Source: Basidiobolus meristosporus CBS 931.73 (Eukaryota > Fungi > Basidiobolomycota). Taken from it: a DNA stretch of 64,000 nucleotides. The translations under genes and the position numbers were made by a program. The stretch spans positions 1-64,000 of the forward strand of contig MCFE01000123.1 in the NCBI GenBank assembly GCA_002104905.1. The letters run 5' to 3'. Under the pieces are notes generated by a model. The model did not search any database and had not been told where the DNA came from. It saw only the letters and a program-made list of their open reading frames with translations. How positions within the stretch are numbered: position 1 is the stretch's first letter; each line of letters starts with the position of its first letter. Below, in pieces: positions 12,401 to 21,148 of the stretch.

Positions 12401-15400
12401 CGACGGGGCTGCCTGGCAGCAAGCATTGAACACCCTATTCGCACGCCACGAAGCACTACGCTCCGTATTCCACATTGTCGATGGTAAACCCAAGGTGGAA
12501 CTACTGGATCCAGAGGTAGGCGTACCAATCATATGGCATGACCTGCGTGGCGTGCCCAACGCTCAGGTGCAACTTGACAGTTTAACTGCGGTGGAAATGT
12601 ATGAGCAATTCGATCTAGCCCATGGGCCACTTTTACGGGCTCGCTTGGTCCAACTTTCGGACGATGAACAGGTGTTTCTGTTTACCATGTACCATATGGT
12701 CTCGGATGGCTGGTCTGCCGGACTACTCACTCAGGAGCTGAATACCTTGTACGCAGCCTATCGCGCAGGCCAGCCTAATCCACTGCCACCGCTTTTCATC
12801 CAATACCCGGATTATGCTGCCTGGCAAAAACAACAGCTCTCCGGTAAGAGATTGGATGCACAGAGCTCGTATTGGCGCGAGGCGCTTGCTGATACGCCCG
12901 CTCTGCTGGAATTACCTACTGATCGGCCTCGGCCTCCGCAACAGTCCTTTGCTGGGGCCGTGTTAGAGATACACCTTGATAAACAGATGACTCTGGCACT
13001 CAGACGCTTGAGCCAAGAGCACGGGGTGACTCTATTTGTGATGCTGTTGAGCGCATGGGGTGCTGTCTTGTCTCGTCTCTCTGGCCAAGACGACATTCTC
13101 ATCGGCTCGATTAATGCTAATCGTAACCATCATCAGGTTGAGGGATTGATAGGGCTTTTCGCCAACTTCCTTGTGTTACGCATTGACCTTTCTGGGGAGC
13201 CGAGTGCAAGTCAGTTGCTTAAACGTGTTCAGCACTGCACACTGGCTGCCCAAGACAATCAAGACCTTCCCTTTGAGGAGGTCGTTAGAATTGTAAATCC
13301 ACCTCGTAAACTGAGCCATACCCCATTGTTCCAGGTCACATTTACTTGGCAAAACAATGATATGGGGGCATGGGATCTGCCTGGTTTGGAAGTGGTACCT
13401 GACTTGCCTAGCTACAATGCAGCTTCATTCGATCTTGAGTTGGATCTGACAGAGGAGGAGGAGGAGATCGTGGGAGAATTGAGCTTCTCGACCGCTCTGT
13501 TTGACCATCAAACCATTGAGCGCCATATCAGCTACCTGAAGGCCATGCTACGAGCTATGATAGATGATCCGGAACGGCCTGTTGCAAAACTCGACATTCT
13601 TTCTGCAGATGAGCGCAAACTTTTATTGGAATCACAAAATGAGACACATATGACATGTGAAAAGCATACGTGCGTTCACCAGCTGTTCGAGCAGCAGGTG
13701 GTGCGCACCCCGAATGCCACTGCTTTGGTGTATGAAGGGCAGGTATGGAGCTACGAGGATGTGAACGAGCGTGCCAACCGACTCGCACACCAGCTCATCA
13801 GTCTGGGCGTCAAGCCAGATATGCGCATAGCGATCTGTGTGGAGCGCTCGCCAGCCATGGTGGTGGGACTGCTCGCTATCCTGAAGGCGGGCGGTGCATA
13901 TGTTCCACTCGACCCGGCGTATCCCAGCAATCGACTCGTGTATATACTGAACGATGCCGCCCCGGTAGCATTGATAGCGGACGGTGCTGGACGCAGCATA
14001 CTAAGCAGAGAGGTTCTCGGCTCTCTGCCAACACTTGACCCTAATACACAGATCACATTACCTTCTACCAATCCATCTATTCCTAATTTGGCGTCAAATC
14101 ATCTTGCATGTGTATTGTACACCACGGCCCCCGCTGGCAATCCAAAAGGAGTAATGATAGAGCATCGAAACCTACAGAATTTGGTTCAAGGTCAATTGAG
14201 TCACCTCGAGGTCAACCCCTCTAGCCGAGTGCTACAGCTTGCCTCACTTGGAGCGGATACAAGTGTCTTGGAGATATTCATGGCAATAGGCTACGGAGCA
14301 AGTCTGTACCTCCCTCCTAATATTGTGCATGTGGTTCGATGTACGTTGTGGAGTTATCTGGCAACCCATGATATTACACACGTAGCCTTAACTCCTTCCT
14401 TCCTTCAGGATGGAAAGGATTTACCTGTTCTGAGTTCGCCACTCACACTTATCACGAGAGGTGAAGCGCTCAATGCATCATCCCTTCGGACCGTGATCCC
14501 TCGCGGTGTTTTTATCAACCTCTACGGCCCAACCGAAGCATCTGTTGGCGCCATTGTATGGCGTTGTCCACCAGATTTCAAGGGAGAAGTGGCACCTATT
14601 GGCCGGCCGATTGCAAACACCAGGGTCTACTTGCTGGACAAATATGGTCAGCCAGTACCTCTAGGAGCAGTAGGTGAGATCTATATTGGTGGGGCTGGGG
14701 TCACTCGTGGTTATCTGAACCTTCCTGAGCTGACATCTGAGCGCTTCGTCTCGGACCAGTTTGATGCAGACGAAGACTCCGGGCTATTCAAAACCGGCGA
14801 CCTGGCCCGCTACCTTCCAGACGGCAACTTGGAGCTTGTGGGCCGCGACGTTCCTGCAGTCAAGATTCGAGGGATGCGAGTAGAAGTTGCAGAAGTGGAA
14901 GCATGTCTTGTCGAACATCCAAAGGTACGAGAAGCAGCTGTGACGGTACTAGGCGAGGGAAATGACCGTCGTCTAGTTGCCTACATAGTCGCCAAGTCTG
15001 GTAACCATCTTGATTGCGTACTTCACACCTATCTCAAGACCAAACTGCCCGAACATATGATTCCTGCCAGCATTATACTTCTGGAGGCACTACCACTATC
15101 TCCTAATGGGGTGCTTGATAATCAGGCGCTACCAGTGCCTGACGGAAGGACCTCTGCTCACCATATGTGCGAGGCGCCACAAGGCGAGATCGAGATGGCA
15201 CTTGCAGGTATCTGGAGTGATCTGCTACACATGCAACATATTAGCCGCCACGACAGCTTTTTCTCCCTTGGTGGCGACTCGCTTCTGGCCGTTATGATGA
15301 CCAGCCAAATTATGACCGCCCTGAACATCGAGGTTACGGTGCATACGGTATTTGAGTCTCCCACCATTGCCCGGTTGACACAGCGTATACTCGAGGTGAC

Positions 15401-16226
15401 GCGTACCCAAGACGATCCGGTGAATGTCTTGATACCCATCAAACCGACAGGCAGCCGCCCACCTCTTTTCTGCATTCACGCTTTAGTAGGCCATTCCTGG
15501 AGTGTGGCTGACCTGGCTGCGCATCTACACCAGGACCAACCCGTCTATTATGTTGAAGCCCGTTTACACAGCAATGTTACCTCAATCGACGCCGCATTTG
15601 ACACCATGGCACTGGGATGTGTGAACGAGATACGCCGTGTTCAAAAAAATGGGCCTTACTATCTTTTGGGATGGTCGCACGGCGCCAGCATAGCCCACCG
15701 TATTGCAGTCCAACTGGAACTGCAAGGAGAGAGTGTAGCATTGCTCGCATTGCTAGATGGCTACCCCGATTACTCACGCTCCAACAAAAAATCCAATCTT
15801 GATTATTCATACTTGTCAAAGCCACTCGTCCCCAAATACCCTGAACCAGACTACATAATAGAGAAGACTACAGAGGTAACCTGTTGTTCGTTTTTCAGCT
15901 GTTTCAGCTCCGAGAACATGGCCGTTACCGGGCAATATTTTTGGGGCAAATATCGGAACTTGCTCAACAAGATCTCTAGCATCTCAAAGAAGCCGCCCAC
16001 TCGCATTCATAAGGGCAGCCTGCTCTTCATTCAAGCCACCGAAGGGACAGATGGCTCCGCTCCTCTATTCTCCCCTGATTTATGGAAGCCCTACATAAGC
16101 GGCGACCTCGAGACTCACGGCATCCACTGTCAACAAGAAGACCTCATCAGACCAGAATTCGCTCTGGAAGTTGCCCAGGTTCTGAGATGCACGCTCGACA
16201 GACTGCATCAGGACGAGCAAGTTTGA
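6492..16226 (+). CDS. Trimodular non-ribosomal peptide synthetase: truncated C*-A1-T1-dual E/C-A2-T2-C-A3(degenerate)-T3-TE
   Basis: 3244-aa intronless ORF. A-domain cores YTSGSTGxPKG, YGPTE, YKTGDL; T-domain GGHS (8862, 12120) and GGDS (15279); dual E/C signature FHHILAMEGDPY (9162) plus HHLIGDH (9519); YHMVSDG in the last C (12690); TE nucleophile GWSHG (15669). Confidence 0.97.
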   Translation: MPDDIQGENTQRGYWYETLKDAPVLLDLPTDRPRPPHPSFAGATSTVQFDTQTTHSLKLLSQENDTTQFIILLIAWSAVLSRLSGQEDLVIGIPRAQQGCWLPLRIDLSSDPSTIKLAKLVQACVQEAQMNSAVPNEQILEIVSPPEKLNHAPLFQVTLAASAEHTPDMVSSAFDLELNLHNVDNEIHGYLRFATSLFDSPTIERYIGYLKMMLQGMMADPTRSVHKVNIITPAERTLLTETWNQTHMTYAKHTCIHQLFEQQVMRTPNATALVYEGQVWSYEEVNERANRLAHQLVSLGVKPDMRIAICVERSPAMVVGLLAILKAGGAFVPLDPAYPSNRLVYILNDAAPVVLIADGVGRSVLSSESLASLTILDPNMETTWPCTNPTIVGLASHHLAYVIYTSGSTGNPKGVMVEHRGVTNLIQAERSCFGADSSSRVLQFASLSFDTSVSEIFMALSCGGSLYLPPDIARFDRNALWSYLAHHAISHVTLTPTMLQDGQNLPILNTPLTLIMGGEALSGALLQTLIPQGVVINAYGPTEASISAIIWRCPPDFKGEVVPIGRPIANTRVYLLDKYGQPVPLGAVGEIYIGGAGVTRGYLNRPDMTAERFLPDPFSNDDDGRMYKTGDLARYLQDGTIVYLGRNDQQVKMHGIRIEVGEIEARLVEHPQVREAVVLVLGEGSSKRLVAYVMADPDEYLGRTLRVYLKSKMPEYMIPTNFVRLDALPLSPNDKLDRRALPTPDEDSFARQVYEAPRGEIEMALAAIWSELLHVEHISRHDNFFALGGHSLAVIALIERLRCIGLTVSLRTLFNNHTLGSLAKGLGQHHQLHIPPNSITPGSTTLTPAQLPLIDLSQADIDIIARQVPNGAQNIQDIYALSPLQEGILFHHILAMEGDPYLLISQMVFDDRELLDRYLNAVQNVINRHDIFRTSIFWGNVSEPAQVVWRHAPLNIHELTLSAANGPIAGQLMERFNPRKHRIDLSKAPLIHMAIAQDNDGCWVLTQLIHHLIGDHATQERMNMEIKAFVDNVAIDALPTPQPFRNLVAQARLGITQEEHKRYFTDMLKDISEGTLPFGLSDVYCDGTQITECHIMLPQELDVRLRSQAKILGVSLSSMFHLAWGRVLSSISGQIHVVFGTLLSGRVQAGEGSEHMMGLLINTLPFRIDLDNDSIRDSVRRTHEDLAALMEHEYASLALAQRCSSLPAGGPLFSSNLNYRRDTLPSGDYAEAPMAEFVGESERFNHPGIRFVGACERTNYPLSLAVEDFDVAMGLTAQVVQPLDPARICSYMLQALQGLAVALDSTPSMPVWQVEVVPKAERVLLLEEWNDTGVPFKEHLCIHQLFEQQVKRNPNATAVVYGDETLSYSVLNTRANGLAHRLIELGVKPDTRVAICVKRSPAMLVGILSILKAGGAYVPLDPAYPCERLAHILNDATPIILLADDAGRTALGDIDLTPLTVLDPNAQMPPSAANPDISDLASHHLVYVIYTSGSTGTPKGVMVEHRNVVNLIQHQTACYGIDSTSRTLQFASLSFDPSVSEIFKTLSCGACLYLPPDAVRLDRKLLWGYLEENAITHVTLAPPLLQDGKDLPALSTTLTLIMGGETPTTTLLQSLIPNVVVFLEYGPTEATINATTWRCPPDFNGEVVPIGRPVPNARVYVLDIHRQPVPLGAVGEIYIGGTGVTRGYLNLPGMTAERFIPDPFHEKEGARMYKTGDLARYLPDGALVFLGRNDHQVKIRGIRIEVGEIEARLIEHPRVREAVVITVGEGSDKRIVAYVVAEPDEHLAHKLRVYLKSKLPEYMVPAHYVCLDALPMLPSGKLDRRALPAIADEAVAREVYEAPQGGTEIALAGIWSMLLQIEHIGRRDNFFALGGHSLLAVRLMNRMVDLGASLPLTTIFSSPNLASLAATVDQHLNQKDTGARAITPVSRMGALEPSFAQESLWFVSQLNDRASMTYNIPLAIKFRGTLDGAAWQQALNTLFARHEALRSVFHIVDGKPKVELLDPEVGVPIIWHDLRGVPNAQVQLDSLTAVEMYEQFDLAHGPLLRARLVQLSDDEQVFLFTMYHMVSDGWSAGLLTQELNTLYAAYRAGQPNPLPPLFIQYPDYAAWQKQQLSGKRLDAQSSYWREALADTPALLELPTDRPRPPQQSFAGAVLEIHLDKQMTLALRRLSQEHGVTLFVMLLSAWGAVLSRLSGQDDILIGSINANRNHHQVEGLIGLFANFLVLRIDLSGEPSASQLLKRVQHCTLAAQDNQDLPFEEVVRIVNPPRKLSHTPLFQVTFTWQNNDMGAWDLPGLEVVPDLPSYNAASFDLELDLTEEEEEIVGELSFSTALFDHQTIERHISYLKAMLRAMIDDPERPVAKLDILSADERKLLLESQNETHMTCEKHTCVHQLFEQQVVRTPNATALVYEGQVWSYEDVNERANRLAHQLISLGVKPDMRIAICVERSPAMVVGLLAILKAGGAYVPLDPAYPSNRLVYILNDAAPVALIADGAGRSILSREVLGSLPTLDPNTQITLPSTNPSIPNLASNHLACVLYTTAPAGNPKGVMIEHRNLQNLVQGQLSHLEVNPSSRVLQLASLGADTSVLEIFMAIGYGASLYLPPNIVHVVRCTLWSYLATHDITHVALTPSFLQDGKDLPVLSSPLTLITRGEALNASSLRTVIPRGVFINLYGPTEASVGAIVWRCPPDFKGEVAPIGRPIANTRVYLLDKYGQPVPLGAVGEIYIGGAGVTRGYLNLPELTSERFVSDQFDADEDSGLFKTGDLARYLPDGNLELVGRDVPAVKIRGMRVEVAEVEACLVEHPKVREAAVTVLGEGNDRRLVAYIVAKSGNHLDCVLHTYLKTKLPEHMIPASIILLEALPLSPNGVLDNQALPVPDGRTSAHHMCEAPQGEIEMALAGIWSDLLHMQHISRHDSFFSLGGDSLLAVMMTSQIMTALNIEVTVHTVFESPTIARLTQRILEVTRTQDDPVNVLIPIKPTGSRPPLFCIHALVGHSWSVADLAAHLHQDQPVYYVEARLHSNVTSIDAAFDTMALGCVNEIRRVQKNGPYYLLGWSHGASIAHRIAVQLELQGESVALLALLDGYPDYSRSNKKSNLDYSYLSKPLVPKYPEPDYIIEKTTEVTCCSFFSCFSSENMAVTGQYFWGKYRNLLNKISSISKKPPTRIHKGSLLFIQATEGTDGSAPLFSPDLWKPYISGDLETHGIHCQQEDLIRPEFALEVAQVLRCTLDRLHQDEQV

Positions 16227-17109
16227 CTTGGGTCACATTCCAAAGGGAGAGGGAAGGGGCGATTTTCAGCTCAATGTATATAAGCCATTTCATAATCTTT
16301 ATAGAACCCCACCAATAGTTCGAAACGAACGTCGCATATCAAATAAAACAAACCCCTACTATCCTTCTCTCTTGTCAGGCAAGCTTTGCGAGTTGCCAAG
16401 TATGTTGTATACACTTGTATCATTAACTACCAAGTTACCCTGTCCTTATAACTTGCACGATCAATGATGTTGAAGTGAAGACAGTCTACAGGTTGGAAGG
16501 GTACCATTCTAAACATATCAGTATAGGCCCGGTAGCAACACAACGAAAACATCAGTTTTGATTTTCCAAGGTTATTGCACCTTTTGTTGGCTTGGACCAA
16601 CGACGTGATACTGATGTATCTTATCCACACTCCTCACTGTGGGAAACTATAGCCTTGTCACGTGGAGGTCAATACTACTGATTTGGAATTCAGCAGGAGG
16701 GTGAGCAATATCAGATATCAATTCTCACAGTAATGAATCAAGTGCATCAGACCAAAATTTCTCGAAAATATACCGAAACAATTGTTGCGAGAAACACTGC
16801 CACTGTGTCACACGACAAATCCTCTATCCATCTTGTTCAACCCACAATCTTTGTGGCGGAATGTGAGTAACCGGTTAACAAACCGATCCTGACTTGATGA
16901 ATTGCCTTGCTCAGGTTATTCATTAATAAGATGACCTTATCATCGTTCACACGATTGTCCAATGCACGATAAACCCACCGACTCCATAAGTGGCGAGGAG
17001 GTGTTGGCTAGCAGCAGGATGTGGATAAACAAATGAATGTGAACGGCCTCCTAGTCACAACTATAAATCATCTCCAATACCATCCCCCCACAAACACCAA
17101 CAGACCGAT

Positions 17110-18837
17110 ATGAGGAAAAGCGAGACCTACGCGACTGGAAGTGAGGAGAAAGATCATATCTCCACTGAGCCCGCTACCGGCGAAAGTAACCTTCGATGGT
17201 ACCTGCGAAACCTTTGCACGAAGCAAGGCTGGTTAGGGGATTACGACTTTGGATTCCTCTGTCTGCCGAATCTTCCCGGGTTCGGCAAGCAAGCGCCGGC
17301 CAAGTTCATAGGGATCAAAGATCGCTTGCCACTTGCCGTGGCGATTATCATGGGTTTCCAGCATTGCTTGGCCATGTTGGCCGGAGTCGTCACGCCCCCA
17401 CTCATCCTCTCTGGACCCGGGCCCCAGCACATGAACCTAAACACCGAGTATCGCTCGTATCTCATCTCAGCCTCGCTTATTACCTGCGGTCTGCTGTCCA
17501 TGATACAGATGACTCGATGGAGAATCCCGGGGACGCGATACTACATGGGCACTGGATTGATCACCGTTGTAGGCACTTCCTTCACCATCATGCCAGTGGC
17601 CGAATCCTCATTCGCCTACATGTACCAGTCGGACTTCTGCCCATCCGTGAAGAACGGTGCTGGGGAAATCACCCAATACCTGGCGTGTCCGCAGGCTTAC
17701 GGCGCACTGTTAGGGACCACGATGGCATGCTCGGTGCTGATGATTCTCATCTCGTTCGTACCCGCGAAAGTCTTGCACAAGCTTTTCCCTCCGCTTGTCA
17801 CCGGGATCACCGTCACCCTGATTGGCGCGCATTTGGTTGGGTCCGGGCTGAAGAACTGGGGTGGCGGTAGCGGGCCTTGCATCGGCCATCCGACCAGTGG
17901 AAACTTCATGCGCTGCCCTAATGTCGACGCCCCGAACGCCTTGCCCTGGGGTCACATCAAGTACATGGGGCTCGGCTTCCTGGTGTTCATCTCCATCATT
18001 CTTTTCGACATCTTCGGCTCTCACTTCATGCGCTCGGCCGAGGTGGTGCTTGGGCTGATTGTGGGGCTGGTTGTCTCCTGGACCACCGGATACGTAAATA
18101 CCCAGGTCATCAACGATGCACCGGTGGTCACCTTCCTCTGGGTCAAGACCTTCCCATTGAGCATTTATACACCAGCGATCATCCCGATGTTGGTCATTTA
18201 CATGCTGATTGCAGTAGAATCCATCGGCACCATCACAGCCTGCTGCGATGTCTCTGGAGTCGAAGTGTCGGGCCCGGTGTTCGAGACTCGAATCCAAGGT
18301 GGAGTGCTTGCTGACGGGCTGAACAGTCTCCTTGCTGGTGCCTTCACCAACCCACCCATGTCGACCTTCGCCCAGAACAACGGGATTGTCGCGTTGACTA
18401 GATGCGCCAATCTCACCACCGGCTATGCCTGCTGCTTCTTCCTTGTCTTCATGGGGATCTTCTCCAAGCTGGCCTCCGTATTCCTGGCCATTCCCGAGTC
18501 CGTGCTGGGTGGGATGACCACTTTCCTGTTTGCCAACGTGCTGGTCTCCGGGATCCGCATCCTGTCGTATCTAAAGTGGACCCGTCGCGACCGGTTCATC
18601 GCGGCAGCATCCATGACCCTCGGAATGGGCACCACCATCAAAGATGACTGGTTCTCCTACGCGCTCACCTCTTTCAAGGGCACCAACACCACAGTGAACG
18701 GACTGATCATCTCTGCCGAGATGATCGTCAATTCCGGCTTCACCATCGCCGCCCTCATAGCTATTATCCTCAACTTAGTAATGCCCAAAGAACCGGAGGA
18801 TCTTGAGAACGACGAGAATGACGGTCATCCAGTCTGA
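17110..18837 (+). CDS. uapA: Uric acid/xanthine permease (NCS2/NAT family, UapA/UapC-like)
   Basis: 575-aa multi-pass membrane protein with QH motif (MGFQHCLAM) and NAT signature FAQNNGIVALTRCAN; intronless. Confidence 0.93.
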   Translation: MRKSETYATGSEEKDHISTEPATGESNLRWYLRNLCTKQGWLGDYDFGFLCLPNLPGFGKQAPAKFIGIKDRLPLAVAIIMGFQHCLAMLAGVVTPPLILSGPGPQHMNLNTEYRSYLISASLITCGLLSMIQMTRWRIPGTRYYMGTGLITVVGTSFTIMPVAESSFAYMYQSDFCPSVKNGAGEITQYLACPQAYGALLGTTMACSVLMILISFVPAKVLHKLFPPLVTGITVTLIGAHLVGSGLKNWGGGSGPCIGHPTSGNFMRCPNVDAPNALPWGHIKYMGLGFLVFISIILFDIFGSHFMRSAEVVLGLIVGLVVSWTTGYVNTQVINDAPVVTFLWVKTFPLSIYTPAIIPMLVIYMLIAVESIGTITACCDVSGVEVSGPVFETRIQGGVLADGLNSLLAGAFTNPPMSTFAQNNGIVALTRCANLTTGYACCFFLVFMGIFSKLASVFLAIPESVLGGMTTFLFANVLVSGIRILSYLKWTRRDRFIAAASMTLGMGTTIKDDWFSYALTSFKGTNTTVNGLIISAEMIVNSGFTIAALIAIILNLVMPKEPEDLENDENDGHPV

Positions 18838-19033
18838 TCCCAAGAGACTCTTAATTTCTGCACGAATAAGGAAATAAATCAACATCCATTCCACACATCC
18901 CCAACCAAAATTTGCCTTCAGAACCGAGCCTTTATAACTGATAGAATGTATGGTAACAAGTGTAAAATAAATCATTGGGATGATGCTCCGAATTTATAAA
19001 TTATCTACATTTTATGTCGTGCAACTTTATGCA

Positions 19034-20810
19034 TTAATCCGTTTGTTTCTCTTTCGCGGGCTCCTGTGCAGCTTCTTCGCTGTTACTCTCGTTAGTGCTT
19101 TTTTCGGGCTGCTGATCGCCAGTGCCTTGCTTAGCGTCGTAAGTAAACACTTGAGCTTCACTGGGATCGTAGTAAAAGTCGTATTCTTCATCCTCGTCCT
19201 CATCCTCATCCTCGACCGCGGCCTCGGTGGGATGCTCGGTCTTTGCTTTCTTGGCGTCACTCTGTGCACTATCTGCCTGAGGTGCTACGCCTTCCGTACC
19301 TTGTCCCGCAGCGTAGCCATAGTACTGGCCGTTCGCGTCATAATAATACTGATATGCGGAATAGTCGTAGGGCTGCCCGCCTGCAGCTCCCTCTTCTGGT
19401 TGCTGCTGCTGTTGCTGTTGTTGCCAATAGTGCCAAGCCCAAGCGTTGTAGTCGTTTTCGTATTGCTGCTGGGCAGTAGCATCGTCTTGGTAAGTGTACC
19501 CAAACTTTGGATCCCCCACCATTTTCTCACCGTCCGCGTCGGCCTTGCGCTTGTTCTCATTGTGATACATGTAATAGTGCTCTGGGTCACCAACAACGGC
19601 GGCCAAGTTAGGGTGGTGCTGTTGCATGGCCTCCAACAGTTGTTCCTCCGCTCTCAGCTGTTTCTGCTCCTGGACGCGAGGGTTTGGATCCTCCGTGGCC
19701 CAGCGGACGTTGAGAAGCTTCAAGGCAAGAGTGAGTATGAGTCGAGACTCGTTTTGTCCAGTCAACGCCAACCTACCTCGTTATTATCCAGACTTTGATT
19801 CATCATTGCCTCACGAGCGAACTCAGCGTTCTGTCTACGCTTGTACATAACGAAGGCGACATACTTACTGTAAAGCACCTTGACTATGAAATGAGAAAAA
19901 AAGTTAGATCACGTCGTATGGCTGTTCAAGATGGCCGTTTCTTACTGGGTTCAACGATCTCGCCCCATTCCGAGAAGTGTTTGCGCACCGTTTCCTAGGT
20001 GAGCGCGTTAATTCGGAACGAGCAGCACCGACGTACACGTATCATTCCACCTACCACGATGTTTTTACAATTCGCGCTGATACCACCAACGTACAACGTG
20101 GTTGATTCCGAGTTGAATGAGCCGACACCACCCATATCGTCACGATGAGAGCTATCAGAGTGAAGCCAAGTTAGAACAACATCTCATATAATTCGTGTGA
20201 AACTGGTTGATGGATTTGAATGAACATACGCATGTCTCTCTCGTCCGAAGATATCCACTGAATTTCCTAGATCCTGATCCCCTTCCACAGGTAATCTATG
20301 GAGGAATTGGCATTCGTACCCTTTGACACAGAAGCCCTTGGCGAAGTGCCAGCAGAAAGCGGTTTGCTCTCCCATTTCAGCCCCTTTGGTGATACCGGAG
20401 TCTCTTTCAATGTTGCAACGAGTGGTTGCTCTCTCACGACTAACATACACAAAAAGCGGGGATATAAGTACGGTGTCCTGAACAAACGGTAGGAGAGTTT
20501 CTACAAGTATTTCAGGCGCTTGATTGACCCACGTCTCTGATGAACTTGCGAAAGCAATTGGAAGAGAGGTGAAGTGACTTACGGCTTACGCGACCAACGA
20601 TCACCGCCGGTGTACTTGTTGTACCAGATATTGTACTCGCCCTGTTGTTCTGAAGCATCCATGAATTTCTTCAGAACACCGGCTTGGTTGGGTTGGGCCT
20701 ACGACAGAGTTCATCATTTTAGCCAACACGTCACTGAGGGGTACGCAACGAAAAGATCGGTGGTTTACCTGGCGTCTAGCCTTCTTGACTGGTTTGTTAT
20801 TAGTTGCCAT
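19034..20810 (-). CDS. cwc2: Pre-mRNA splicing factor Cwc2 (CCCH zinc finger + RRM), 7 exons
   Basis: Manual splicing through six GT-AG introns (donors GTAAAC, GTAAGT, GTATGT, GTAGGT, GTAAGA, GTAGGT) gives MATNNKPVKKARRQ / ...EYNIWYNKYTGGDR / RCNIERDSGITKG...FCWHFAKGFCVKGYECQFLHRLP...DIFGRERH / HRDDMGGVGSF...TLYVGGI / HFSEWGEI / AEFAREAMMNQSLDNNE / LLNVRWATEDPNP. These are all hallmark Cwc2 motifs. Confidence 0.92.
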
Positions 20811-21148
20811 GTGGGTGTTCGAGGGGTGGAGTTGTCGGTGTCTTTCGTCGACGTGAAAATTAACCAATGCCCGATATTCTAGTCACGATAAAGACGTGAG
20901 GGGAGTTCACATGGAATCTCCGCCTATTCCCGCCCTAAATAAATCCTCCTCAAACTCGACTAAGTAAACCAATGATGAGGGGGGATCACCTGACCTGCGT
21001 CGTTCGTTTCGATCCCTCGGATGAGAAAAGAAAAAAAAATCCCCTCTCAAGATATAGCTTGTATGCAGGAAACGATGGGGAATTTTTAGGCGAATTTTTC
21101 GTTGAACCCATCGAACCTCTCTACCTTTGCATCTCCCAAGTGGTAACC
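20811..21148. promoter_or_regulatory. Putative bidirectional promoter between cwc2 and rix7
   Basis: Only 338 bp separate the divergent start codons (20810 minus, 21149 plus). Function is inferred from geometry alone. Confidence 0.6.

Noticed and set aside
7131-16318. Numerous short ORFs overlapping the NRPS (e.g. 11289..12023)
   Set aside because: Alternative-frame or antisense by-products of a long GC-balanced CDS.
17110-18837. uapA as the NRPS export or cluster transporter
   Set aside because: NCS2 permeases import nucleobases; adjacency alone does not support co-function.
18980-19798. 272-aa hydrophobic plus-strand ORF
   Set aside because: Antisense of the Q/E/D-rich last exon of cwc2; its hydrophobicity comes from the reverse complement of those codons.
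20972-21148. N-terminal extension of the rix7 ORF, and likewise 23867..24082 for ola1
   Set aside because: Upstream in-frame text is not family-like and overlaps promoter/UTR; downstream ATGs give canonical starts.
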